A stretch of 64,000 nucleotides of DNA, from the NCBI GenBank assembly GCA_951406725.2, contig OX597817.1:127472001-127536000 (forward strand). The letters are read 5' to 3'. The translations under genes were made by a program, and so were the position numbers. Below the pieces are notes generated by a model that ran no database searches, had not been told where the DNA came from, and saw only the letters and a program-made list of their open reading frames with translations. Positions 13,150-25,792 of this stretch are shown piece by piece (position 1 is the stretch's first letter; each line of letters starts with the position of its first letter). The stretch is from Octopus vulgaris (Eukaryota).

Positions 13150-14020
13150 TTTTATTTGGACTCTGTACTTAGTTGTGTAGACACATAAATCGTTTTGTTA
13201 TGTCTTCTATTAGTTTATAGTTGTCATCATAGATAGGATCAAAGACGACCTATGCTCATACATTCCGATTTCCCAAGCTGCTTATCCATCAAGAAGAAAA
13301 ACATCAAACAGATAAAATTTCGAAAGTCACCACAATTGAACAGACCTCTGCATGTTATATTTATTGACTCCACTAAGTCCTGTGATAGCGTAATATTTAT
13401 TATGGGTCGTTTATTTAAAAGTCTCTTATATTCTACATTTACATCACTATAGCTAACGTAAGAAGTTTCAAAAATGTTGTAATTAAGCGTGCTATTCACA
13501 TTTCAAGAGCAATAACTATGCAGAAAGAAATAAAACAAACAGATATTTCATCCAATGCGATCCTTTTAAATTTGTAAGATATACTTGGAGCCGGGGTTGA
13601 CTGATATTTCTAGGAAATATGATAGCTACATGAATTTTCTTTCTTTTTTTTCTGTTAGATGGGAACAGTTTACTCCGTGTTGCATGAAATATTTTATATG
13701 CAAACAAAGTTTGATCTGAAAATTGCCTTCCTTCAGTAACCGACTTTCGGAGACTTTCTCAACAGGACGTTCTGATACACACCACATATAATGATTTTCT
13801 GTATTTTACGTAACCGTAATTACAAAAGAAGAATTACATACAATAAATTTAGTGAAAGTTTGGAGTTCACTGATAATAAATTCCCAGCTTCCAAAGTTCG
13901 TGTAGTTAGATTTCGGCTTAAAATTTTTTCATCAGAAACCAATTTCGTCAATTTATTAATACTTGACTTCTCGGCTAGATTTAGAAATCTCATCTCCTGA
14001 CCCTTATACCTTTATCAACT
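13150..14020 (-). mobile_element. Possible very old LINE RT remnant
   Basis: ORF 13239-13499 contains ESINITCRGLFNCGD, loosely like the RT 'I...RG..QGD' motif. The rest is degraded. Confidence 0.25.
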
Positions 14021-14469
14021 TGATGAAATTAAATTTAGAATTACATTTGATTGCTGCTCGCCTCTTGAACCCTAGAGAATATTATCTCATATTCCGATCA
14101 CACTCAATGGAATCAACATCCGACTCACGCACATAAAAGATCGACAGTTCTAAATATCACTTTCAACAAACGAATGACAATCCTTCCCATTACAGAAGAC
14201 ATAAAAACTAAAGCAAAAAATAGTCAACCTTAATACACTATGACAAAACTCACTACTATACTAACCTGTCTAACTTACAGAGCAACAACATTGATTTTAT
14301 TTGTAAAAGTTTTCATTAATATATAAACTTCATCGTTAAATATAACATTTATACTAAAGATTGAATGAGGAGACCACTTATATGGTCATAAGACATACTA
14401 GAAATACTAGCCAATTCCCTCAAATAAAACTTTACATTTAATAACGAAAGTAAACACTGAGTAATACTG

Positions 14470-14795
14470 CTTTCAAACTTTGGCAAAAGACCAGCAATTT
14501 CGGGGGAGTTAAGCCGATTATCTCCATACAGCGTTCAACTGGTACTTATTTTATCAACCCCGAAAGGATGAAAACGTTTTTCCAGCGCGGTAACGATTCT
14601 ATCTACAGACTAGCTTTATACTATCGGTGTCAAATTTTGGCATAAGGCCAACAATTTCGAAGTAAGTACCATCTGGTACTTATTTTAACGGTCCCGAAAA
14701 GACCTCAATGGAATTTTAGCACAGGACGTAAATATGGAGTAAATGCCGCTAAGCATTTTGTCCGGCGTGCTAACGATTCTGTTAGCTCGTCGCTT
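14470..14795 (-). mobile_element. Two tandem Nin-domain SINE copies
   Basis: TTTTGGCA.AAG.CCA.CAATTTCG...CTGGTACTTATTTTA occurs twice, with a GCTAAGCATTTTG head. Confidence 0.65.
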
Positions 14796-16159
14796 TATAC
14801 CTTATATTACATGGAAAACTTTTCTTGTTCTGTACTTTACCAGATGTAATGAGTTGTCCTGAACTTTTCCAAGTGTAATAACTTGTCCTGTAATTTTCCA
14901 GGTTTATAATCTTAAGAATATTATTTCTCTTGCTCGGATCTTTCCATGTAATTCGTGATTTTTCCCAGGCTATGCTATTATGTTAATTGATAATGTGATG
15001 TGTCAAATGTGTCAATTACCGGTGTCGTTGATAATTATTCCCATACCTCAATGACGCTGGTGAGATAGATATATTAAAAGTCCCCTTGTAGAACTATATT
15101 TAAAAAATATAGTTGTTGAGAAACAAACGCTAATAACTTTTTCTTTTAAAATTTCATTGCATGAGATTTATGCCATGAAATTCTTCGACTTCAGCTCTAT
15201 CATTTAAACTTAATTAAAATACAGTTTGTCTTTAAAATATAAAATAAGGTAATTATACTTAAATCCAATTTTTTGCCTTATATTATTTTCATGATATTTT
15301 ACGTCGCAACTTTTGATACAAATTTTTGTTGCATGAGACCAATGAAATTCTACATGCTTTTTTCTGTCATTGAATCTAAGATAAATATGTTTTTCTTTTA
15401 AAATTAATTTTTTTTTTAATGTTACTTAGGCACAGGAGTGGCTGTGTGGTAAGTAGCTTGCTAACGCACATGCGCAGTTAGTCAGTTGCTTCCTGTTCAG
15501 CCAGAGTGGACGCGAGTCAACCAGCTCCGTCCAATTAAAGAAAAAAGACCAAAAACGGCAAGTTGTCGAGGTAAGTGATTTTGTTTATTGTGAGTTGGGC
15601 ATAATTTATTGCGTGCCAATTATTATTTCAGTAAGTTGTGTCCAACTCTGAGACAATTTCGCCTGCTCTCGGCGGCTGCCGTTTTTGTGTTCATTGAAAA
15701 AAAAAGAAAAAACAGTGGAGGAGCGTATCCTCGGAATTCAATACAGTTACTGTTAAAATTACCGTTGGCGGTAGCCAGTGCTGTGTTTGGGTTTGTTGAA
15801 TTTATTCCCTTGTCAGAGTACTTCGCAAGAAAATTATAAAAATAAGCCACTATTGGATTACCTTTCGGACCCATTTTTGTGGAGGTTGTGTTGCAGTTGC
15901 GGCGTTCCAGGTTCAACCCAGGCCGGGAGTACCGCAAGGCCAGAATATTTTTGCTGTGTTTTTCTGTTTATTAAATTTCTTTTGAACTTCATTTAACCCC
16001 CCTTTTGTTTTTTTCTTTATTGCGACTTTCCGTTGATTTCTTCCCTTCTGTTGTGCTTTCTCCTTTTTGTTTTTTCAAAAATCTATCAAATTTTATTTGG
16101 ACTTTTGAACTTTTTTCTTCTTGCTTTTTGAGTTTAATTTGAATATATTTAAAAAAAAC

Positions 16160-17400
16160 ATGGCAATGAAAAATAACAAAATTTTGGAGTGGGAAATCAT
16201 ACCACCTAAAAAGTGGTTAAAAGACCGTGAAAATAGGACGGTGGTGTTGAGAACCTACTCCAAGGCACTCGACACCATCGCCCTATTCGAAAAGACGGCA
16301 ATTGAAAAGGAGTTGGAAGAGTATTTGCCAACAATTAAATTCATTTCCAGGGGTGTCAAATATGCAACGGTGTGGTTGCTATTTGACACACCTGAAGAGG
16401 CTTGCAAATTTGCTAGCAAACCCCTGGAGGGTAAGGAAATATTATTCCTGCCAACGTACAAAAAAAAAAGAAATTGATGAAAGCTTGGATCTGCGGGCTG
16501 CCACCCGACATAGAACCCGAGTGGATAGAGGAGACTATCCGCCGGGGTCTGGGTGGCAGCGAAACTAAGCTCCTTAATGTAAAAGTTCTTCCTGTGGCTG
16601 CTTGGGTTGGGTCAAAAGCAATTTTGACCCTGTGGACCCAATCAGCCAATCTGGTTCTTCCAGATTTTTGAAAATGGCCGGGTGCAGGTACCCGGTGATG
16701 CTTGAGGGTCGCCCCCCTAAGTGTCATCGGTGCTTGGAGTCCGGCCACATAAAAAGTACTGTCCCCGGGAACAAAATAGGATCCCGGAACAGTTAAGTAA
16801 AACCCCTCTAGAAGAGGGAATGATAACGGCCGAGAAAGCAGAGGACTCCTCAAACAGAGGCCGAAAGAGGAAGGTGAGCAACAATGGGTGCTCACCAAAG
16901 GATAATAGGGATGAGGAGAGGAAGGCGAATCTTCTGGCCACGGAGGAGACGCACCCTCCCTCAGTTGAAAAGGGAAAAAAAAGAAAAAGAGGAAGAAAAA
17001 CAGGACATTGCCGGCTGTCAGTGACATAGCACCGGAATGTCCCGGAACTACGTCGGTTGGGGTTGTGCCACCGACAAGAGAAGGAATACCGTTGGCGGGA
17101 ACTGTGCCGCCAACGAAAGAACTGAACGTATTGGTCCTCTTCTATAGAGGAGGCGAAATTGAAAAGGTGATGGAAGAGCACCACAAGGGAGCACCTTTAG
17201 CCTTCACACAGAACCCCGAATGGCCTCCGCAGGTAGCTGTGGAGGCCGTGGCGTTCGACGTGACGCTTGGGCTAAAGGAGCTCAATGAAGATTATAACTT
17301 GGTCCCGGGCGACGCAAACTCGGAACTTGATTACGTTCTGAGGGAGGCGTGGTTGATGGTGGAGGGCGCGGGCACAAGCTATTTCGAGGTCGATATGTAA
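16160..17400 (+). pseudogene. LINE ORF1-like nucleic-acid-binding protein (~410 aa reconstructed), four frameshifts
   Basis: ATG at 16160. Joining frames at homopolymer runs gives EGRPPKCHRCLESGHIKKYCP (C-X2-C-X4-H-X4-C), a basic linker and a C-terminal domain ending YFEVDM*. Confidence 0.7.
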
Positions 17401-17421
17401 TTATTGAACTGTTATTATTAG

Positions 17422-17542
17422 TAATGGACTGCTAAGTCCAAAAATTGAAAAATTGTAAGAGGTTTAATACCTCGTTTTGTAATAATGGACTGCTAAGTCC
17501 AAAAATTGGAAAAATTGTAAGAGGTTTAATACCTCGTTTTGT
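17422..17542 (+). repeat. ~60-bp tandem duplication in the 3' UTR of the ORF1-only element
   Basis: TAATGGACTGCTAAGTCCAAAAATTG(G)AAAAATTGTAAGAGGTTTAATACCTCGTTTTGT occurs twice. Confidence 0.9.
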
Positions 17543-17866
17543 GTTTATCTTTAAAAAGAACAATGTTTTAGAGAAGCGAAAGTCGGCGGGCGCTTTTTGT
17601 CTTCTCCCATCCTTATCATCTTTCTTTCATTATCATTCACTTCATTAATGTCCTCGTCCAGCCCGCAAAGCTAACTTAATCTGTGTACTGCCTTTATGGC
17701 AAATGTTTTGAAATAAAGTAGCTTGCTAACCAACCACATGGTTCCGGGTTCAGTCCCACTGCGTGGCACCTTGGGCAAGTGTCTTCTGCTATAGCCCCGG
17801 GCCGACCAATGCCTTGTGAGTGGATTTGGTAGACGGAAACTGAAAGAAGCCTGTCGTATATATATG

Positions 17867-17899
<33 letters not shown>

Positions 17900-18578
17900 C
17901 TGTGTGTGTATATGTTTGTGAGTCTGTGTTTGTCCCCTAGCATTGCTTGACAACCGATGCTGGTGTGTTTACGTCCCCGTTACTTAGCGGTTCGGCAAAT
18001 CAGATCGATAGAATAAGTACTGGGCTTACAAAGAATAAGTCCCGGGGTCGATTTGCTCGACTAAAGGCGGTGCTCCAGCATGGCCGCAGTCAAATGACTG
18101 AAACAAATAAAAGAGTAAAAGAGTAAAAAGATCTAAACGTGATTGATGGCGTTACTTACTCTCCTATAACGTTGCTATAAATTTTGATGTTTGACTTTTT
18201 TCTAATAGATCAAATCTCAGTTCTTTATGCGAAAATGTATCTAGGGATCAGTCCTCTTCAAAAAATATTGATAGTTTTCAATTTGGATAAGAACTGAATT
18301 AGCGAAAAGCTCTGAAACATGTTGCGTGTGAGTAAATTGCGGCCTTAAGAATATTAGTCAACTACTACCGTAGTTGAATTAATAATATTGGTTTAAAATC
18401 AAAATATATCAAGTGAAGGTAAATAAAAAAAAATTGTACCAGCTGTTGAACCTCTTCTGCCAGCCTAGTGGTAAATATTGATGCGTTTTCAGTTTTTTAC
18501 TGATTTTATCTATCTGCATGACATCATCCACAAGGTAATAAAGGGACCTCTCGAATGACAAGAAATGACAGATAAAAA

Positions 18579-18840
18579 AAGGCGGCGAACTGGCAGAAGC
18601 GTTAGAGCGCCGGGCGAAATGCTTAGCGATATTTCGTCTGCTGTTACGTTCTGAGTTCAAATTCCGCTGAGGTCGACTTTGCCTTTCATCCTTTCGGGAT
18701 CGATTAAATAAGTACCTTTAGAGGTCGATAAATTAAGTACCAGTTACGCACTACGGTCGATGTAATCGCTTAATCCCTCTGTCTGCCCTTGTTTGTCCCC
18801 TCTATGTTTAGCACCCTGTGGGCAATAAAGAAATAAGAAA
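18579..18840 (+). mobile_element. Nin-domain tRNA SINE, near full length
   Basis: GGCGGCGAACTGGCAGAAGCGTTAG head, GAGTTCAAATTCC B-box-like motif, GCCTTTCATCCTTTCGGG core with a short internal duplication, AAGAAAT tail. Confidence 0.8.
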
Positions 18841-19436
18841 TGGCAGACAAAATCCACTCAGGTCTCACTGTATGTCTTAAAATAAGAACGCATTGGAATA
18901 TTTACTACCAGAATAACTATGACAAGATCGCTGCTGTAGTACTTTAGATCGCTCTTCTGCTCGATTAGTGTTGACGTGTGACTAAACGATCATAAAAATT
19001 TCAAAAGTGCTCAAATATACTTAACCAGGAAATAATGAAGAAAACACGGATCAACGTTTCAGAATTTCTATCAGACATCCTGAATTAGAAAAGACAATAT
19101 CTTTACAGCTCCATTTAATTTCTACTTTATTTATTTCCTTCGCTTATTTGAAACACATTTTGCAAAAATCAAATTCGTAGTTTACGCAAATTTTATTTCA
19201 TGAATTTCTTTTAAAATCATAATACATTACAGACTCTCGATAAGATTGACCATTAAGACTCCAGACCTATCTATTTCAATTACTATGACAGAGTTCATTA
19301 TGTTTCCCAACCAGGAAATTTAGAAGTAAAGCAGCTGTGAAATATTTTCAGGACAGATCAGAGGTGTTCATACTCACAACTATTCTCCCTTAAACTTCAT
19401 AAAAGCCATGGTACAAGTGTATGAGTTTGTGTGTGT

Positions 19437-19477
<41 letters not shown>

Positions 19478-19676
19478 TGTGTGTACGTGTGTACAGAGAG
19501 AGAGACATATACATACATATAAAGCGGTGCTAACTTTCGTTTATGTGCATATATACGAATATATAAGAAATAGAAGTACAGGAGTTTAACGTAACACATT
19601 CAGACATCTGAAGCATATAATTAGAAACTATTTTATTAATAGCAAGAAATCAGACCTTACAAGATATGTGAATACA

Positions 19677-19711
<35 letters not shown>

Positions 19712-19754
19712 TTATAAATATATATATAGAGAGAGATAGGTAGATATAGATATA

Positions 19755-20475
19755 TCTTCACTCCCACCCACCTCTCCTCTCTTGCTCTGACACCTACTTC
19801 CTCTCTTCACTCCTACCCACCTTCCCCCGTCCACCCTCTACCTTCCTCGTCACCCCACCATCGTTACCCCAGCCTTACACATTCCAACCTCACCATCCCT
19901 ATACATCCCACTCCACCCCATCCCACAAATTCCACTCCCACATATTCCACGCCCACAAACCCCACTCTTGCTTACCCCCACCCTCGCCTCCCCCACACCC
20001 CAATACCACCACCTCACCCCACACGCCAACACACCACATCTTGTCACACCACACAACACCACCATACCACACCACTGCGCACACACTGACCACTTCCCAG
20101 TACCCACACCATCAACCACACACCTACACATGCACACATGCACACGTCAAGGTCACCTGCCCCTATACACATGCACATACACGCTCTCACATATATACGC
20201 ACGCGCACCTTCATTTTGGTATCACCACTACTTTATTATCTCCCCTTCTTCCTAGCTCTCCTGTCCGACCACCTGTGTCCGGCATTCGCCATAATTGATC
20301 GCTAGCCACTAAACGTTTTTCTCTCTCCTTATTTCTATGTTCCTTTCTGTTGAAGAGCAGAGGCTCGAAACGTAAAAGAATTTCTCACTTGCCGAGTGTT
20401 GAACTAATACATCTGTTTGTTGTTTACACACCCGTCTTCGCCTTTTGTTTTGTATTTTTGTAAATTACAACTATA
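19755..20475 (+). mobile_element. Probable Penelope-like 3'/pLTR remnant with C/A-rich tract and hammerhead-like motif
   Basis: Flanked by TA/TG repeats. 20343-20379 reads CTTT-CTGTTGAA-GAGC(AGAG)GCTC-GAAACGTA-AAAG, a hammerhead-like layout with a non-canonical core. Confidence 0.4.
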
Positions 20476-21336
20476 TATGTGTGTGTATGTGTATGTGTGT
20501 GTGCGAGTGTGGAAACAGAGAGAGAGAGTGTTTGTGAAAGAGAGAGAAAGGACGAGAAAAGGTCAACAGGTTTTACACTTTCACACGTGTAAATTTTCTA
20601 TTAAAAAACAAAAGAAAATGCTTTGCGAATTTTACCACAGTTAAAGGTAAGAATTTTTTTTTAAATATACTACCGGTTTCAATCTGTTATACTATGATTT
20701 ATAGTCATGCTGAAGTTAAAGCTACAGTAGATTCAAAAAAATTAAGCTTTCGCAATACTAGCTCTGTAATATACGTAGATATGAATTTTTATCTACCACC
20801 TTATTACCATAAAACAATCTAATGTAGCTAGTATACAAATAATTAAAACCACTGGGAATTCACAGTTAAGTTCCAGCTGCCGATAATAAATTAATTACTG
20901 TCAGATAGCCTCCCAAACCCTAATTTTCTATAGCTATAGATTCCCTATGCCCACAGAAAGAAACAAATCACAGATAAAGTCAGTAAGAAAGTGCTATATG
21001 TCCTGAAAGTGGAGGGTCAGGGTGATATAAACTACTTCTATTATTATCAGTTGAAGTGGCATAAAATAGAAAACGAAAATCATCACAATGAGATCTAAAT
21101 GGACATTAACGGTATAAGGGAAAAATATAACCAAAGCGTAGCAAAATTTATATATCATTATATTTTGTATAATAAAAGTTAAAATTTTAAAAATTTATAA
21201 AGGGATATAAGGGCAAGTAAAATAAGAAGGATATATAAACCAATATAAGACCAAAAGAAATTGATTATTCCGAACTGTGCGAATAATACCGGACTGACTT
21301 CGTGCCTCAACTTAAGTACCTAATTATTAATTATTT

Positions 21337-21364
<28 letters not shown>

Positions 21365-21372
<8 letters not shown>

Positions 21373-23543
21373 ATGTTACATTACTCGGTAGTCAAGATAA
21401 AACTCTGAGTTTCAGATGCCGAAGTGGAAATCCACAACACCATCTCTTCGGTTATCTGGCTATTTGAAAACGTTATGAAAAAATACCGTTAAAAATGAAG
21501 GGAAATTACTCTGTTATAACTCTGCTTTGCCTGCGTACTTATACATCGCTCGCATTTTTCGTCATAAAAATTATATAAAAATACATAAAAATATATAAAA
21601 TTATATAAAAATATATAAACTCTTCTTGGGACATAACACAGAAAGCATGTTCTATCCGTTTTCTTTAGGGGACCAAAAACGTAACAGAAATTTAGTCACA
21701 TGTGGGCATGATCCGAAAAGCTCTGTCCTTGTATTTAGACATGTGGTAGGGTCTAAGCTGCTTTTCCAGATAAGCCATCTCTCCATGTCGCATAAACCGC
21801 ACCTTCCGCTGCCGTTAGTATAGGGCTTACATCTGGCCAAAATCTTCCATTGTATGTTATAATCGACACCTTTATCTCTTAAAGACCAAATATGATTGGA
21901 TAATTGTGTCGCTTTTCTTTTGTTCCAGTGCCTAAAGCTCAAAGTGTGGTTATTGAACCTGACCTTGAAATTACCCTCTGTCAGGCCCACGTATTTCTTC
22001 GTCGAAACGGTGTCTTTAGTGGTTATAGAGTTTACGGTAGCTTCATATATGATGGTCTTGGACATGCAAGCTCCATTTAGCGGGCACAATTCTTTATTCC
22101 TGCATGAACAGCTGTTTTCTTCTTGTGTTTTTTGTATGTTATGATTGATTATGTTTTTAAAATTGGTAGTTGAACTAAAACTAATTTTTAAATTGTGTCT
22201 ATTGAAGAGTTTCCTATAAGCATGGTTAACTGGAAAATGTCTATCTATCAGTGCTAGGAAATATTTACCTATATTGAAGGCCACTTCGGGTGAGTAAGGG
22301 GGCGTAAACCAGATGACCTTCCTATTTCTATTATTCCTTTTCCTTATTGTTGGGCTGGTGATAGGGGTATATTTTATTTTTTCGCTAAAACCACTATCTT
22401 TTAAAGCTTTATTATAAACTGGGGCAACGCTATTGAAGATGTCCTCATTAGATGAGAGGCTAGAAATGCTCTTACTAATATTTTAAACTAAATTTTTGAA
22501 TACTATAGGGGGATGGCATGAACCTACATTAATATAACTTAGTCTATCATTGGGCTTCCTATAAGGCTTATAAATATTATTATTAAGATCTAAGGAAACG
22601 TCTAAGAAATTGACAACCGTCAGGTTAGTGTCTATAGTTATACTAAGTCCGAAGTGTTTCATTAACTGGATAATATCCTTCCTAAAACGATCTTGTGCTG
22701 GTCCATTTGTATTAGCTGTTAAGGCGAGGGCATCATCTTTGTAGATGGCGAAATGTACGTTAGGGAATGTCTTACCGAAGGTATCTAGGAGAAAGAGTCC
22801 AATTAGATCACAGATGCCTGCCCCATCATATGAACCCATGCTCACATCGAAAGCGCCCTCCGTGTCGGTGTTTTTTACCCACTTTGCATTCTCACTGAAA
22901 AGTAATGTCTTTCTAGCATGGAAGATTATATCCTTATCATTGGTACTAATTTCTATGAAGTCACTAGCGAAGATTAGGGCTTTATCTAGCAGTTCTTTAG
23001 AGATAGAGGCATAAAAATCAACAATATCGAATTGTGTAAACCTCGCTTTTTTCTTATTCTTAATAGCTTTAAACCAGTCTACGACTTCTATACTATTGGA
23101 CCATTGCACTAGCCTAGTATCGGTCTTAATTTTCGTATTTATTTTATCTAAAATTTCTTTGCTAATAATCCCTAGTTCTGACTTGGCTGGGTTGATAAGC
23201 CTACATTTAGGGTTGGAAAGGAAGTTTTCTTTGTGGTCTTTAATAGTAATAAAGGCCTCTTTTTGGGGGAGGGTTTCTATTTTTTTATCTAATTTAAGTT
23301 TAGCGGCGATGACGCTAGCTTCTTTATTAATTTCGTTATATGTCTGTGCCCTAGCCTTAGTATAATTATTAATGATGCTGTTGTGTAAGAGTTGTGTGTA
23401 TTTGCTGTTATCTACCAGGTATAAGTTCTTGGTTTTATCCGAAAAAAGTGCAGGTCCGCTTCGAAATCTTCCAAGCCTTTAATCCTAGGAGGGAATTTTT
23501 GGATTTTATCCGATAGCAAATGTTTTCCTTGGTGTTCGCTTCT
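21365..23543 (-). mobile_element. Penelope-like element (Naiad-type), 5'-truncated, left palindrome arm
   Basis: SDKTKNLY, IKDHKENF, CRLINPAKSELG, FDIVDFY, MGSYDGA, YKDD, FLDV, then CSC-X5-CPL, IIY...YVG and CGLC. One in-frame TAA at 22483-22485. Confidence 0.93.
21391..21460 (-). ncRNA. Type I hammerhead ribozyme (left arm)
   Basis: Reverse complement of 25631-25700. Confidence 0.65.
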
Positions 23544-23552
23544 TTTTGACAC

Positions 23553-25792
23553 AGAAGCGAACACCAAGGAACACATTTGCTATCGGATAAAATCCAAAAA
23601 TTCCCTCCTAGGATTAAAGGCTTGGAAGATTTCGAAGCGGACCTGCACTTTTTTCGGATAAAACCAAGAACTTATACCTGGTAGATAACAGCAAATACAC
23701 ACAACTCTTACACAACAGCATCATTAATAATTATACTAAGGCTAGGGCACAGACATATAACGAAATTAATAAAGAAGCTAGCGTCATCGCCGCTAAACTT
23801 AAATTAGATAAAAAAATAGAAACCTCCCCAAAAAGAGGCCTTTATTACTATTAAAGACCACAAAGAAAACTTCCTTTCCAACCCTAAATGTAGGCTTATC
23901 AACCCAGCCAAGTCAGAACTAGGGATTATTAGCAAAGAAATTTTAGATAAAATAAATACGAAAATTAAGACCGATACTAGGCTAGTGCAATGGTCCAATA
24001 GTATAGAAGTCGTAGACTGGTTTAAAGCTATTAAGAATAAGAAAAAAGCGAGGTTTACACAATTCGATATTGATTTTTATGCCTCTATCTCTAAAGAACT
24101 GCTAGATAAAGCCCTAATCTTCGCTAGTGACTTCATAGAAATTAGTACCAATGATAAGGATATAATCTTCCATGCTAGAAAGACATTACTTTTCAGTGAG
24201 AATGCAAAGTGGGTAAAAAACACCGACACGGAGGGCGCTTTCGATGTGAGCATGGGTTCATATGATGGGGCAGGCATCTGTGATCTAATTGGACTCTTTC
24301 TCCTAGATACCTTCGGTAAGACATTCCCTAACGTACATTTCGCCATCTACAAAGATGATGCCCTCGCCTTAACAGCTAATACAAATGGACCAGCACAAGA
24401 TCGTTTTAGGAAGGATATTATCCAGTTAATGAAACACTTCGGACTTAGTATAACTATAGACACTAACCTGACGGTTGTCAATTTCTTAGACGTTTCCTTA
24501 GATCTTAATAATAATATTTATAAGCCTTATAGGAAGCCCAATGATAGACTAAGTTATATTAATGTAGGTTCATGCCATCCCCCTATAGTATTCAAAAATT
24601 TAGTTTAAAATATTAGTAAGAGCATTTCTAGCCTCTCATCTAATGAGGACATCTTCAATAGCGTTGCCCCAGTTTATAATAAAGCTTTAAAAGATAGTGG
24701 TTTTAGCGAAAAAATAAAATATACCCCTATCACCAGCCCAACAATAAGGAAAAGGAATAATAGAAATAGGAAGGTCATCTGGTTTACGCCCCCTTACTCA
24801 CCCGAAGTGGCCTTCAATATAGGTAAATATTTCCTAGCACTGATAGATAGACATTTTCCAGTTAACCATGCTTATAGGAAACTCTTCAATAGACACAATT
24901 TAAAAATTAGTTTTAGTTCAACTACCAATTTTAAAAACATAATCAATCATAACATACAAAAAACACAAGAAGAAAACAGCTGTTCATGCAGGAATAAAGA
25001 ATTGTGCCCGCTAAATGGAGCTTGCATGTCCAAGACCATCATATATGAAGCTACCGTAAACTCTATAACCACTAAAGACACCGTTTCGACGAAGAAATAC
25101 GTGGGCCTGACAGAGGGTAATTTCAAGGTCAGGTTCAATAACCACACTTTGAGCTTTAGGCACTGGAACAAAAGAAAAGCGACACAATTATCCAATCATA
25201 TTTGGTCTTTAAGAGATAAAGGTGTCGATTATAACATACAATGGAAGATTTTGGCCAGATGTAAGCCCTATACTAACGGCAGCGGAAGGTGCGGTTTATG
25301 CGACATGGAGAGATGGCTTATCTGGAAAAGCAGCTTAGACCCTACCACATGTCTAAATACAAGGACAGAGCTTTTCGGATCATGCCCACATGTGACTAAA
25401 TTTCTGTTACGTTTTTGGTCCCCTAAAGAAAACGGATAGAACATGCTTTCTGTGTTAAGTCCCAAGAAGATTTTATATATTTTTATATATTTTTATATAT
25501 TTTTATGTATTTTTATATAATGTTTATGACGAAAAATGCGAGCGATGTATAAGTACGCAGGCAAAGCAGAGTTATAACAGAGTAATTTCCCTTCATTTTT
25601 AACGGTATTTTTTCATAACGTTTTCAAATAGCCAGATAACCGAAGAGATGGTGTTGTGGATTTCCACTTCGGCATCTGAAACTCAGAGTTTTATCTTGAC
25701 TACCGAGTAATGTAACATATTGTATAGATAAATTTCCTCTATTTACATAATATTGAGGTCTCTTTCTTTCTTTTGTTATCTTACCGTTTTAT

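Larger units (their letters stand above)
15466..17715 (+). mobile_element. ORF1-only non-autonomous non-LTR retroelement (HAL1-like architecture) with 15-bp TSD
   Basis: AAGTAGCTTGCTAAC is duplicated at 15451-15465 and 17716-17730. Ends at AATAA(A). Single coding region with a CCHC knuckle and no RT or endonuclease. Confidence 0.8.
15428..18130 (+). mobile_element. tRNA-derived SINE split by a 2.25-kb insertion (parts 15428-15465 and 17716-18130)
   Basis: AGGCACAGGAGTGGCTGTGTGGTAAGTAGCTTGCTAAC continues as CAACCACATGGTTCCGGGTTCAGTCCC at 17731, colinear with uninterrupted copies at 28838 and 30992. Has an internal (TA)/(TG) repeat and an AAAAGAGT tail. Confidence 0.9.

Noticed and set aside
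24606-24608. Selenocysteine read-through in the Naiad ORF (some Naiads are reported to use in-frame UGA)
   Set aside because: The in-frame stop is TAA, not TGA, and is not at an evident Cys position. No SECIS was recognised.
22745-25465. Antisense ORFs overlapping the Penelope arms
   Set aside because: Shadow frames of the RT/EN coding sequence.
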